DNA from: Vicugna vicugna
Taxonomy: Eukaryota
DNA length: 64,000 bases
Assembly (NCBI GenBank): GCA_013265495.1
Contig: MU058669.1
Coordinates: 914,234 to 978,233 of the forward strand
Direction: 5' to 3'
Shown: positions 48,712-61,060 of the stretch, piece after piece
How positions within the stretch are numbered: position 1 is the stretch's first letter
Layout of the letters: each line of letters begins with the position of its first letter
Notes under the pieces: generated by a model
Databases searched by the model: none
Told to the model about the DNA's origin: nothing
What the model saw: only the letters and a program-made list of their open reading frames with translations
Made by a program: the position numbers and the translations under genes

Positions 48712-48797
48712 TGAGATTTTTCCTTTTGAAAATTTCACATTCCTAGTGGTGGCCTTTTCTGCTTGGAGAAGTCCCTTTAATATTTCTTGTAAATCTG
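48712..48797 (-). mobile_element. Short internal L1 fragment (end of ORF1 + inter-ORF spacer)
   Basis: The minus strand reads DLQEILKGLL, similar to the ORF1p C-terminal PALQEMLKGLL motif. Flanked by aacaaaacaa at 48702-48711 and 48798-48807. Confidence 0.65.
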
Positions 48798-49999
48798 AAC
48801 AAAACAACAACAATGAAACAACCTCTTATCTTTTGATTCCTATCAACCTGCAGTTAAAAAGGCTGGAGGTACACCTGATGGATAGCTCTGGCCCCTCCAT
48901 CCTCACCTCTAATTCATGACTTCACTGGCTGCATGTGCATTTGGTTGTATCATTTATCTATCTTGAAGCCCCTGGAGTCCCTGCTTCTGACACCAAGGCC
49001 CTCAGGCTATTATGATGTCCCTTACAGATGTGATTATAGAGGTGGACTGCTGCGGACCTAAAACACATGCAATTTATTTCTGTGAATCACCTTTCACACT
49101 AAAGACATCACAGACAGTGTTGCGGCAGCAGTGCAGAGAGGGGCCCAGGCAATAAGAAACAGAGAGCAGGAGACACAATAGCTTGACTGGGAGACTGGAG
49201 GTGGGCAGGGAGAGGGAGAGCTGGGGGCACGTGGAGAATGAAGGGTGCTCTCGCCAGCCAGGATCCCTGGGGCACTTCACCCGGAGGTTCTGCAGGGGAG
49301 AGGTCACTAGTTTTCCCCAGGGCCCTGATGTGCACAACTGGCTGTCTGGGCTGCTACAGAATTCCAGACTGGGGCTTTGCTTTGCAAAGATTGTTTATGC
49401 TTTTCTTATGTGTCAGGAACCAGGAATGCAGAGTGGAGCAGACGCCATCCCTTGCTTAATAAGTTTACAGCCTACTTGCACACACTGCCCAGGGTTGAAA
49501 TTGGACAGCAGGTATCGTTGGAAGGTTTGTAGATTACCTGGTTCCCAAGAGGTCCCATTGCTTTTATTTTCCCAAGGTGCCAAGCTCATCAGTCAGGTCC
49601 ATGGAAACTCTTTCTTCAAAATGGGTAGCGTTGATATTTTAATTTTATAGTTGAGGAAACTGAGACCCAGAGAAAGTAATTAACTCACCCAAGGTCTGTC
49701 TTAGCACAACTAGTATTAAAACCCAGATGCTCTGATTTTAGGGCCCTTGAACTTTAACCACAAAGGTGACTTGTCTCAGTGAGGGACTGACAATAGCAAT
49801 GGAGAAGGGAGAATTGAGTGGACATATTAAAGAGGTAGAAAAATAAGTGATGGAATGAAGCCAGATGTTTCTAAAAGGAATATGAGCATAAAAGTTAAGG
49901 TTTCTTCTCCACCATCTTGTTAGTTGAAATTTTCACTCAGCCCAGAGGATTCCAACAGCCATCGCCAAGGAAACAAGAGTGCAAACTAATGGATTCTGT

Positions 50000-50900
50000 T
50001 CAACAAACTTTGCTAGGGTATCTGTTGTGTGAAAGGCACTACAGTTAGATGCCTGGGCTGGGGGAGAGGGTGGGGAGGGAAGAGAGGTGAGAGGGAGAAG
50101 ACGTATGAATGAGCATGATAAGGACCTCTCCCCCCAGAGGAGCTGTCAGTCCAAGGAAGGAGGCAGTCAGGCACACAAATCTTGCCAGTGTAGGGCAGAA
50201 TAATAAAGGATTTAATGGAGGGGGCCAATTCTTGTGGGTTTGAGGGTAGGAAGTCCAAGAAAGATTATTGATGGGGGTGAGATCTAAACTTGGCCCTGAG
50301 GGATGATTAAAAGTCTGAAGTGGAGAGAGGGAAGGGTAAAGAAGGAGAGAACAGGAAGGCATTGCTGGCAAACTGATCGACTTGATCTGAGGTACAGAAG
50401 TAGGAGAGTAAAGAAGGAAGATCTGGTCAAGGTTTAGAACTCGGATGTGGGATTGTGGCACGGTTCAGGAGGGACATGGAAGGACAAGTGTGATGGGATA
50501 GAGTCAGTGTCTGCTGAGCCTTGAATGTTACGAGTGAAGCCTGGACGTCACCATGAGTGTAAAAAGGGGTGACATACTAGAATACATATTTCAAGATGAT
50601 GATTTTGATGGCAGAAATAGGGACAGATTTGGTGGCAGGAACAGCCTAGACACAGAGGACAGTTGGGAGCTTCTGTCAGTACTGCCAACCTTGGCTGTTA
50701 GGAGGGTGACAGACTGAAAACTTGGTGGAGATCAAAGACATGAGTAGGAGGAAAAGAAGAGTCAGAAGACTCTTGGTCTCTTTCTGGGTGACTCAGTGGA
50801 CTACAGTATCATCATGGAGACAGGGAATGCAAGAAGTGGACAGAATAAGATGTTGGAGGTGAAAATTATGACCTTGGATTTGGATATGACCAAGCAATGA
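50000..50900 (-). mobile_element. LINE2 fragment (degenerate)
   Basis: Starts ttcaacaaactttgctagggtatctgttgtgtgaaaggcact, followed by a purine-rich reverse-complement L2 body. Confidence 0.55.
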
Positions 50901-53900
50901 ACAGCTGGCATTTGTAGATACTTACTTACTAGTGGGAATGGCTGCTTTTCAGGTAGGTCTAACTTGAGGCCCAGAAATAAAAGCTGCTTATATTCATATC
51001 ACTCGCCGTACAAACACATGTCCTGAAACAGTCTGAAACATTTCTGCTCTTGTCTACCACCTATTTGTTTGGTTGGCTAGAGAATGACACAAATACAGGG
51101 TGATAGGTTTCATTCCATCACATGTGCCACTTAACTTGCTCTTTTCAGTAGACACAGGTCACATCTCCAACCTCCATGGATCATTTCTCCAATGGGCTAA
51201 AAGACCATCCCAATTCTTAGACATGCAATTAAATGAAAGTAGTGAGTGAGTGAGTGAGTAGTGGGATTACTCTGTGCACACATCCAACACACTAAGCCTA
51301 CAGGCTATTTTTGCATCCACTCACCTGATCCTAATGACCTAGTAAAAATGGCCTATGGATATAAATTCATGTGTGACTCTCTGTCCCATGAAGATTTGGA
51401 TACATCCCACTAAAATGGATATATGGACCCAGTGAAGAAGTTGCTTGGTTCATATAGAATTTAGCATCTGCTGAGCCAAAAAGTCTTCTTGAAATGTTAT
51501 TTCCAGGTATTTTTTTAAAAACTCCAATAAATATAATTATTTTCTATTTGTGAAACCATGTTATGATGTTGAATAAACTTTTTCAAATACGTTCCTCCCC
51601 CTGAAGACATTGATATGTATCGCACAGAAGTCAGACATTTATCCAACCCCTTGTTTAAGGCCGGCCTGTGCATTAGGGTGGGGAGTTACAATCCTGTTAC
51701 ACAGATGCCCAAGAATGTATACGGTGTGCCCAGGACCACAGGGCCTGTGGTGACTGTCCTGAGGCTCATGCCACAACGTGACACTGCCTGTCTGTGAGCC
51801 AGTGATGATACGTCACCATCTGTGTATTTACCAGCTACACTTCCAGGCAAGAAATCTTTATTCATCCCATTACCGAAGGGGTTTATGAAACGAAACTAAA
51901 CATGCAAGATTTTTCAAGTTGCTATTATCAAGGTTTATTGAAGCGTTTATTACTTTAGTTGGTCGTTTTGCTTTCCCCAGACATTTTTTTTCAGATTGAA
52001 TTTCTAAGGAGTTTTTCCCCTATAGTTTCTGCCAGTAGATCCAGGCTGTTTTCACAGCTCCTTCTCTCCAGAGAGGCATTTATTAGTCAGTCTTTCAGCT
52101 AAACCTTCACTTGGCATCAAATACCAAAGTGAAATAACTCAACAGTTCTCCAAGACAGGCCAGCCTGCTAATTATACTCCTTGGACCTTAAGCTTCAGAG
52201 AAAAGTTAGAAACAGAGGCAAAGAGGAAAGAAGGAGCGGTTCTCTTCTCTCAAGTGACTTTGGAACAAAATTAACATTTTCAGGTTAGGGAACTTTTCCA
52301 GGGCAAGTACCAGTGTATCCCCCAAACCTTCAGAGGACTCCCTGTCACAAACCAAGTGTAGAAACACCGTGGCCTGGTGGCAGAGGGTCTCATTGGTCAG
52401 TTGGTCAGTCCCCGTTTTCTGGAATTTGACAGGCCTTGCTTTGATTCCTGGATCTGAATTTTTTTTCAGATGGTTGACCTTGGGTCCATTAGTCTACTCT
52501 GAGCCTAGATACACTAGCCGTTTCTAGGTAGGTGTTATAATGGCACAGGTCTGAGGACTGCTGTGAGCAGTAAGTGAAATTATGCGTACGATGTCGTTAG
52601 TAGAGTATCTAGCACCCCTATGACAGCTGTTCTGACTGTTGTAAACCCCTAGCCAAGTATCTTCTGCCTGCTTGCTTTTTTGCCTGTGTACACGCAGTGT
52701 TTCTGTTTAGAACGGCCTTTCCCATCACTATCACCAAGAGTAGAAATCCACCCATCCTTCAACGATCAGCTCAAATGCTCCCTCCCCAACACAGTATCCT
52801 TCAATGGCTCCCTCTCCGAACTGGTGAGCATCTTGCTCCTTTGAGCATCGATTGGTACTGTTCTGGTCTTCTCATGTCTTGCAGTGCTTTTATTGGAGTA
52901 AGCCATTCAGCTCTTCAAAGCACTTGAGGGTAGGTGCTTTTGCTCTGTACTGTTTATTCATTCCCACAGAGCTCTGCACTTCTGTGACTGTCCCACTACG
53001 CACACAGTCACCGTGACTGAATACCTATCTTCCCAGCAGGGACCTGAGTTGTATCCCCAGCACTTAGCAAATGGCGGGCACCCAATGGACTTTGGTTGAA
53101 AGAATGAATAGATGAATGAGTGAATGGATGAATGAAAGCTTCTTTCAGCCCTCTTTTTGTATCCTACAGTGCCCACCAAATGGTAGGCCCTCAGTCTTTT
53201 TGTTTTTTCATTATGTGCTTTGGAAGGATTCACAAACTCAGGTGCCTTTGGGAACCATATGGGCAACTAGTATGAGTGAAAAAAGCCTGGAAATTGTACA
53301 ACATGGAAGACCAAGTGCAGTAGCTAACTGTAAGAGAAGTACATTCCTCTGCTAAAGGAGCCCACTTGCAGCTTTTTAAAGACACTGCTGGTTAAGCAGA
53401 AACATGTGCATGGGACAGATTACTCTTGCTGTCCAGTTTTCCACTTTGTTTATGACCTTTGTACTGTGAGGTGAGTGAGGTCTTTGACCCACGATGCTTA
53501 GAAACTTATATCAAATGGACGTAGAGTTCATTTGTCAGTAGGTGGGGAGCATATGTATGGTGTATCTCTTCTGTCCTTTTGGGCCTCGTCTCACCTTTAT
53601 AAAAGCCTCTCCTGAAGTTCATGAGAATCTTCAACTATATTCCTGTCCAAATTTGCTTCTGTGTAAACTCTCAGATGGACAGCAAATTACAACTTTCTCA
53701 AACTCAGGTAGAGACAGCCACTAAATAATTCTTGTATTAGACCTTTCTAGGGGAACTTACCAGTTAAAAGTATCAATTCCTTCAACTAAATGGGGTGAAG
53801 GTAGTCATAGGGAGAATTGAAGCCAGGAGAACAGGGAAATCTAATCATGGGAAATCTTAGCGACTGGGAAGTTTTCACAGTGTGTATCTCTCCAATCACA

Positions 53901-54820
53901 TCACATACCAAAGCCCCACCCTCGAAATGAACTCTATTTCCTGCAGTGAGAACAGATCAGGGCTAAATGACCTTCAGGACTCTGTAAGAATCAGGAATGA
54001 AACAGATCAACGCACCTGGCAGCAGGCTTCACAGAGGTGGTTGGTAAAGGTGAGGGCAGGGGAAGAAGTGTTGGAAATGGATTCATTTTCCACAATTAGG
54101 TTTCCATTCAGAGGCTGGCATTTTGTATCTTGTGGCAGCCCTTCCATGTCTGTTCAGAGCTCATAGACAACTGTGGGTCCAGCACGTGTAAAGGCCCATG
54201 TTTAAAAGCAGTGACCCCCCACTTCTCCTCCCTTGTGCCATCTGATGGAGGGACCCCCAAGCCTGTAGGGCAGACCTGCCAGGACCAGTGGACCAGAAAG
54301 TACTGGCAGATTCTCCCCACACCGTCACGCATCCTGTGTGATGCATAACCCATTGATCCCTGGTGAAGAACTGGGAAGGAACATGAAGGTCAGAGGCCCA
54401 GCTCTAACACTACCTGTGTGTGGACCAGTCCTTTCCCCTTTCTGGGCCTCAGTCTGTTTATCTGTCTTAAATACTGGGCTGGGAGAGTGGGGTGGATTTG
54501 AGCAACTGTAAGCTCTGAGCCTTCACAATTCAGGGTTTTCTAGCTAGGCTGTCTCTTCTGGAATATAAACAGGGGATAAAGGATTTTAGGATGTTAGGGC
54601 TTTAGGGATATCTCAGGAGAAATATGAAACCTCATTTTGGTTCAGAGTGTAAGTGTTCATCTGGTCCTAAACTGGCATCATTTTGAATAATCTGATTTTC
54701 CAACACAACGGCTTAGTGATCTTCCACTCTCTTCTGACCGTTCAACTTCGTCTTTTCTCCTGGTAGCCAACACTTCCCAACACTCATGTACATACAGATG
54801 TACTCACGACCATACACCTG

Positions 54821-54856
54821 CACACACACACACACGCACGCACACACACACACACA
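54821..54856. repeat. Imperfect (CA)n microsatellite
   Basis: Read directly: cacacacacacacacgcacgcacacacacacacaca. Confidence 0.95.
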
Positions 54857-55079
54857 ATGTCTATTCCTGCCTCCGAGCCAACCCCACTGACCCCTAACTT
54901 GGAAAGCCCGCCGACTTCCAGACACATACTTCTCATGCTGCAAACATAGAAAACTTTTCCCTGACTGCCCCAGCAGTTTTACCCCTCCTCTGAATGCTTC
55001 TCAGACTCATAGTTCAGATATCCTATGGCTTGCAGCCTGGTCTGAGTTTTTACACCGATCCGTATTCAACCTCTAAGGT

Positions 55080-55572
55080 GCTCGAAGACTTGGCCTCTGT
55101 TTGCCCCAATGATCGCATCACCTACCACCTTCCCCCTTGTTTTGCTCAGTGCATTTCAGCCACATGAGCCTTCTTTCTAGTCTTCGAATGCTCCAGGCCT
55201 GTTCCTGATTCAGAGCCATGCCCTTGCTACCCCTGGCCTCCAGATCTTTACATGACTGACCACTTCTCTTTATAGACCCCTCAACTCGTCACCACCTCAC
55301 TCCCTGACCACCCTTCCTAAATGGATAATTTTCCTCTCCTGTTCGACTCTCTCCCATTCCTTTTACCATTTCTCCTAGCACTTAATCACTACCTGAGGTT
55401 TTTTTTATCGATAGGTTTATCTACAATTTCTCTTTATCCCCATCCACCCCTAGGAGACTATAAGCATCAGGGAACAGGAGGTTGCCTTGATCATCTCTCA
55501 ACTCCTAATTTCTAGAGCAGTCTGCAGCAAGTTGTGGGTAATTCATTTATTTTTTAAATAAATGAATGAATG
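55080..55572 (+). mobile_element. LINE2 3' fragment
   Basis: cagccacatgagccttctttctagtcttcgaa..ctccagatctttacatgact..aaataaatgaatgaatg. Confidence 0.7.
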
Positions 55573-57389
55573 CCTATGAACCACTCACACATTTATGAAT
55601 TATATGCTGGCTGGAGTGTAGCTTTCTCAAGAGCAGGGCTGTAGCTACATTCGAGTGAGAGTAAATAAATAAATACGGATCATGTCAAATGAGGAAATTG
55701 ACTAACTACTAGTCTAGGACTCTTTTAAGGCTAAATTATTCAGGAAAACACAAATGGGCCAAGGAAGAAAAATAGTAAGCTAACAGACTAGTGACATCAG
55801 CAGAGAGTTTGCCAAAGCCCTGGAAATGAGTGATCAGCCGTGGCTATGAGAAAACTCCTCAGCTTTGCAGGCTTCAGTGTCTTGACCTATAAAACGGACA
55901 CAGCGGTCACTGCAGTGAGAGTTAGTGGCATGAGTGGGAAAGCCCCCTGTGAGTTCCTGTAAGATAGAGCGAGTGATCACAAGTTCATTAATCACGTGTC
56001 CTGTGGGCAAAGAGGTGATTGCGCCTGGTCGGGCTGGGGTGTGATGCCTGCTGGACGGGGCGGGTGGAAGAGGACCCGCCACACTGTCTGCGGCCACCTG
56101 CGTGCTCACCAGTTAAAGTCAAACATGGTCAAACCTTCCCGAAATCCAATGGAGCACCTTTGCTTCCCCACTGTAGGTCAGCAGTGGATGGGCTGTGGGG
56201 AACTGGACAGGAACCCTCAAGAAAGGGATTTCTGTTACTCCCTGGCTTTAGTCTTAACCCTAAGCAGAGGCTTAACAGCTCTGGGTTTATCTGTCACCTT
56301 TGGAGAGCATCTTTAGGACAGCAACCTCTCCTGGCTGTCAGCAAGGAAATCTACAGAAGTTACTCAGACAGGGAAAGAGCTGCTTAAATTCTAGGGATAT
56401 GCAGCAAAGCCCCAAAGGTTTCAATTCCTACTGGGCCCATCAGGTCTCAGGAATAACTGACTGTCCCTCTTTTTACAATCGAAGAAATGGAGGCCAGGGG
56501 AGAAGTGAACTTGATATGGGCATACAATAAGATTGAGAACTAGGCTCCCAGCTTGATTTCAAGTCTTCAGATCTTCAGTTTTAAAATTACTTTTAACACC
56601 ACCTGCTTCCTCTCTGCTTCACTTCATAAACTGCATCATTCTGCCTCCCAGCCAGCTGTCTTTCCAGAATCCCATTGTCAGGAATAGGATGGAGCAAGAG
56701 GGAAGGCATCTTGAATGAATAATGCATTATGTACAGTACTCACCAGACTGAACCTCTCAAAGCCCCAGATCTTTTCTTTTGTGACCTGAAGCCATATATC
56801 CCAGAGGTCCAGAGAAAAGACCAGCTTCAGACCGACCTGGATTGAAACATCTGCCTTTCTGGCTAAGATTTATGTTAATTTGGGCAAAACACTTATCCTC
56901 TCTGAACATTAGCCATTAAATACTGTCACCACATTTATATCAAAAACATGAAGCAAAGCACAGCATCTTAACACATAATAGGTGCCCAGTAAACACTCAT
57001 GACAGTGAATCGTCCATCACTATCCTCCTGGCTACAGAGCTGACCTGTCACTCTCCTGTCTCCCTCATCACAATATTGGTAGATCTAGTCGATTCCACCC
57101 GACTCTGTGGGCAGAGTCTTCCATGAGACAAAAGGAACATATTTCTTCCATCAGCATCTCTTTATTTTCATCACACATCCAGGTGTATCAGTTCTATATT
57201 GTGCCAACAAGTCGGGTGTGCTGTCCAATCTAAGGTGAAGAGAAAAATGGGGACATTTAAGATGTTCTGTCTTCTCATCAGGCCTGGGAAGTGAGGGTTT
57301 GGGGATTTCTTATCCCCACACGGGCTCTATTCCCTTCCCATTAATAATGCTAAAGGGAGTGGGGTTACTTACACACACAGTCCTTCTTT

Positions 57390-57925
57390 CAACAGTCACT
57401 GAGTACCTCCTGTCTAGACTCGTGGGTTCTACTGCTGGAAGTAACGGTTGTTGAAGAAAACAGATCTGGTTTATAATTTCAGTGAGCTTCCTCTCTGGGA
57501 GAGAAAGATGAGGGCAAGTGATTGCACAAGCAATGGTCTAAGTTGCAAGCCATTGCAAATGCTTCCAAGGAAAAGTTTACAGTGTTTATTAGCTCATAGG
57601 AAGAAAAACCTAACCTGGGCAGGGGAGGGAGGGAGGGGCTCCCTAAGGAGGTGGTGTGGAAGCAGAGGGCTGAAGGATGAAGAGGAGTTGGGGGGGCTGT
57701 GGGGGGAAGAGTGTTCTGGAGGGGAGATGGCCCAGGTGAAGGCTCTGTGGTGGAAGGAGCTTGGCAGAGCTGAGGTGAGGAGAGGGCAAGGATCTAAGGC
57801 TGGCACGGTGGGTGGGGACTCCATTCCACTGGGATGTGCAGGTCATGTTAAAGGGGAGGCTGGATACTTGCAAGAGGAGGATATCAGAGGGCTCTCTAGA
57901 GTGACATGATCTGGGACTTTAAAGA
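57390..57925 (-). mobile_element. LINE2 fragment
   Basis: ttcaacagtcactgagtacctcctg..agggctgaaggatgaagaggagtt..gtgacatgatctg. Confidence 0.65.
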
Positions 57926-59792
57926 TGAAAGGTTTCTCTCCCATTCACACTTTACAGATTAAGAGAAAAAGAATTCAGAAAAAGGAAGAGCTTTCTCAAG
58001 GTCAAGCTAGTAAGTGGCAGCAAAGATGTCAACTTGATCTCCCATCTCCAAGTCTAATACTCTTCCTGACATCTCAAAGGGCCTCCCCCTGCTCCAAGCT
58101 TCCTTTGAAGGGGTGAAGGCCTTCATTTGCCTGGGTCAGGTCAGCTCTCATGACCTGTGGGTGGGAGACCATTTCCTGAGAAACTTTTTTGCAGCTGCCT
58201 AGTAGGGCCCACTCGGCTCATAGGGTGATGATGCAAATAAGCCTGAGTGTGTCCCAGATTGGATGACAATCTACCAACTCAATCATTTCATGGTGATCAG
58301 CCTCTAGTGGGGTTCCCAGAATCTGTTTCCCCCAGGTGTCTTGGAAAAGGCAACTTTCCTGTTTCTGGGAAAAGAACCAGAAGACTCAGGGTTCCTGGTA
58401 CCCCAGCTTTGCTGAATTCGACTGAGGCAGAAAGAGATGGGGGAGCAGAGCCTCAGCAATGCTTACAGTGAAAGTAGTTCTTCTTTCCGAGGCAGGCAGA
58501 TTGCCAGATTGCTCCCAGGGGATCCCTTCCTGTTCAAGGTGGGCCTTGCTGGCTTCTGCCCAATATAGCTCTTCTCCTGGCAGAGGAAGGGGAAGAAACA
58601 CATCCCCTGCCCCACAAACTCCCTCTTTCACAAACCAGTGTTCCCTTCTGGAATCCTGCCTGGCAAGTCCTATCATTCCAAGAGCCTGCTAGGATTTTAC
58701 TTAAAGTCCAAAGAATAGAGACACACCTCATCTTTCCTTAGAAGATTCTGTTTGGTTTGTGCCCCTCCCCCTCCTCCTTGACCTAAGCATGGGTTCCCCA
58801 GACCCATTATTCCTACAGCATGTTTAAGGGGGTGCTCTCCACCCTCATAGCTCCATGCCTCCTGGTCTTTCTCAAGCAAACCAGGCAACATCCTTCTTCT
58901 CAGGGTGATTCTGGCTCCCCAACGAAGTTGGGGAAAGCATTTTGAAAAGAACAAAAGCTGATTCAAACTCAAAACATTATTATTAAAAAGAAAAAGTTTC
59001 TGTTCGTAAAACCCAGATCCCCTCCCCTGCCCCTACCCACTCACAGATTTCTGTAAGTCTACTGTCGATGATTTCATGTCTACTGTCGATTCCCAGCCCT
59101 GCTGGGAAGTCTTCCCTGAGCTCCCCAATCTGTAAGAATCTCTCTTCCTTTCAACTCCAGAAATACTTTTCTGGGTCAAGTCACAGCACTGCCTGGGCCT
59201 CAGACTCCTCAGCTGCAAAAGGAGTTACACCAGCCTACTTCACAGGCAGTTCAGAGATAAAGAATGTCAAGAACCCAGAGCCATGGTTGACACCTCAGTG
59301 GGCTCTTGGGTAATCGGTACCTCAATCATCTGCTCCCCAGAATTGCTATTTCATGGAGCAGATCTTGTCTCTGTTGTTCCATCTGGGCAGGACATCCATC
59401 AGGGAGTTCTTCTTGGGCCTCTGGTGAGGAATAGCAGGTCCTGAGCCCAAGACAGGCTTGTAGGAAAGAAAGGCTTCGCTTGGAGCTCCTGCCAACACCC
59501 TTACTTCAAATGGTGCCAAGCTGGCCTCTATGACCAGAAAAGGCGAGAGGAACATTCTGCATGTCCAATCTCATTGCAGCAAGAGAACACGAGCTGTCTG
59601 TCCTCAAAGAGGACCCCAAGGGGCTCTCGGTCTGACTGCCAAGGCAGAGCAGTAGGAAGGATGCCTTCATTGGCTTCTCCTGCTGGTGCCTCATTCTACA
59701 ATTTCCTCTCCATCCTCAGTGAAGGACAAGTCCCCACTTAACAACTGGGGAAACATGAGAGGGATTTGAAGGAAATGAACTTAAAGCTTCTT

Positions 59793-60188
59793 GGAGAAAG
59801 AGAAAGAAAAATACCACGTGATATCATTTATATGTGACATCTAAAAATAAAAGGACACAAACTTATTTACAAAACAGAGACAGACTCACAGACATAGAAA
59901 ATAAACTTATGGTTACTAGAGGGGGAAAGGAGGTAGGGAGGGGTAAATTGGGAGTTTGGGATTTGCAGATACACACTATTATATATGAAGTAGATAAACA
60001 AAAAATTTTTTCTGTACAGCACAGGGAACTATATTCAATACCTTTTAATAGCCTATAATGAAAAAGAATATGAAAAGGAATATATATACATGTATATATA
60101 TGTATATATATGTATGAAATCACAGTGCTATACACCAGAAATTAACACAACATTATAAATTGACTATATTTCAATAAAAAAACAAAAA
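59793..60188 (+). mobile_element. Young L1 3' end (last ORF2 codons + 3' UTR + A tail), camelid-type
   Basis: agaaagagaaagaaaaatacca..acttatttacaaaacaga.acagactcacagacatagaaaa..tacaccagaaattaacacaacatt..tcaataaaaa. Reverse complement of the 14302 and 38715 copies. Confidence 0.93.
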
Positions 60189-60454
60189 TCAAAGTGGCGA
60201 TAATAACAATACTTCTAAGAAAAATAAATAAATCAAGTTAATTGGGCATCAGAGATATGCAGGCATGGCTGGAGGTCAGAGTGGAGGGAGGTCCTCCATC
60301 ATTTGGAAACAGCATGTAGCACCTTACAAAGAGCCTGGAGCTCTAGACTCAGCCTTGCCACTGATTTGTTGTATGACCCCTGGCAAGTCTCCTTCCCTCT
60401 CTGATTTCCTCCTTCTTCCTTCATTTGCCCAGATAAAGGATGAAAGGATTGGAT

Positions 60455-60705
60455 AAGATCACAGGTGATATAAATTTGGGTGTATTTTGCTTTGTTGGCA
60501 AAATGTTTCAAAAAATTTGAATTACTTGTCAGGATTAAACAGTTGAATACTTTCAAATAAAAATTCAGGTTTCAACTCCCCTTGAAAAATCAGGTTTGGC
60601 ACTCCCTTCTGGCCACAGGAGCCTGGAGGCGAGTCGTGGCTGCCCCCATGTAGTTGGGATGTGTTCTTCACTTCCCATGGTCCCCACGGCCCTCCCTTGG
60701 TCTCT
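60455..60705 (+). mobile_element. MER102-like hAT-Charlie element
   Basis: aaaaatttgaattacttg..aaaaattcaggtttc..cttgaaaaatcag..ggctgccccc..ggtccccac. Confidence 0.55.
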
Positions 60706-60864
60706 CCACTATTGAGGCTTTCTTGTACATCTGTCATTTATCATTACTCTTGTTTTTGTGACACCCTCTGGGTTTGCTATGCCACAGTATCAATTCAGCT
60801 TCTGTGGGCCTTTGGATTTGGGACCCTTGACCTAAGGATCTTGGTTAAGACTCTTGGTGTTTCC

Positions 60865-61060
60865 TGTTCTGGAAGCAGACTGTAGAGTCAGTTTACGTGG
60901 TCAGACACCAGCATTTCATCCTTAACAGCTGTGTGACCTTGAGCAAGGGCCTTAACCTCATCCAGCCAACGAGGGAAAAGCAGCCTGCACTGCATGGTGG
61001 TTTGGTAAAGACTAAGTCAGACAATTCTGAAGAACACTTAGCCTTAGATCTGGAAAATTC
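60865..61060 (+). mobile_element. MIR SINE
   Basis: cttaacagctgtgtgaccttgagcaagggccttaacctc matches the MIR core. Confidence 0.7.

Noticed and set aside
57448..57909. 153-aa Gly/Glu-rich ORF
   Set aside because: Lies within a purine-rich antisense L2 fragment, with no protein family resemblance.
60180..60235. Second possible L1 3' transduction after the 59793 element
   Set aside because: A-rich sequence follows the tail, but I could not identify a convincing TSD to bound the insertion.
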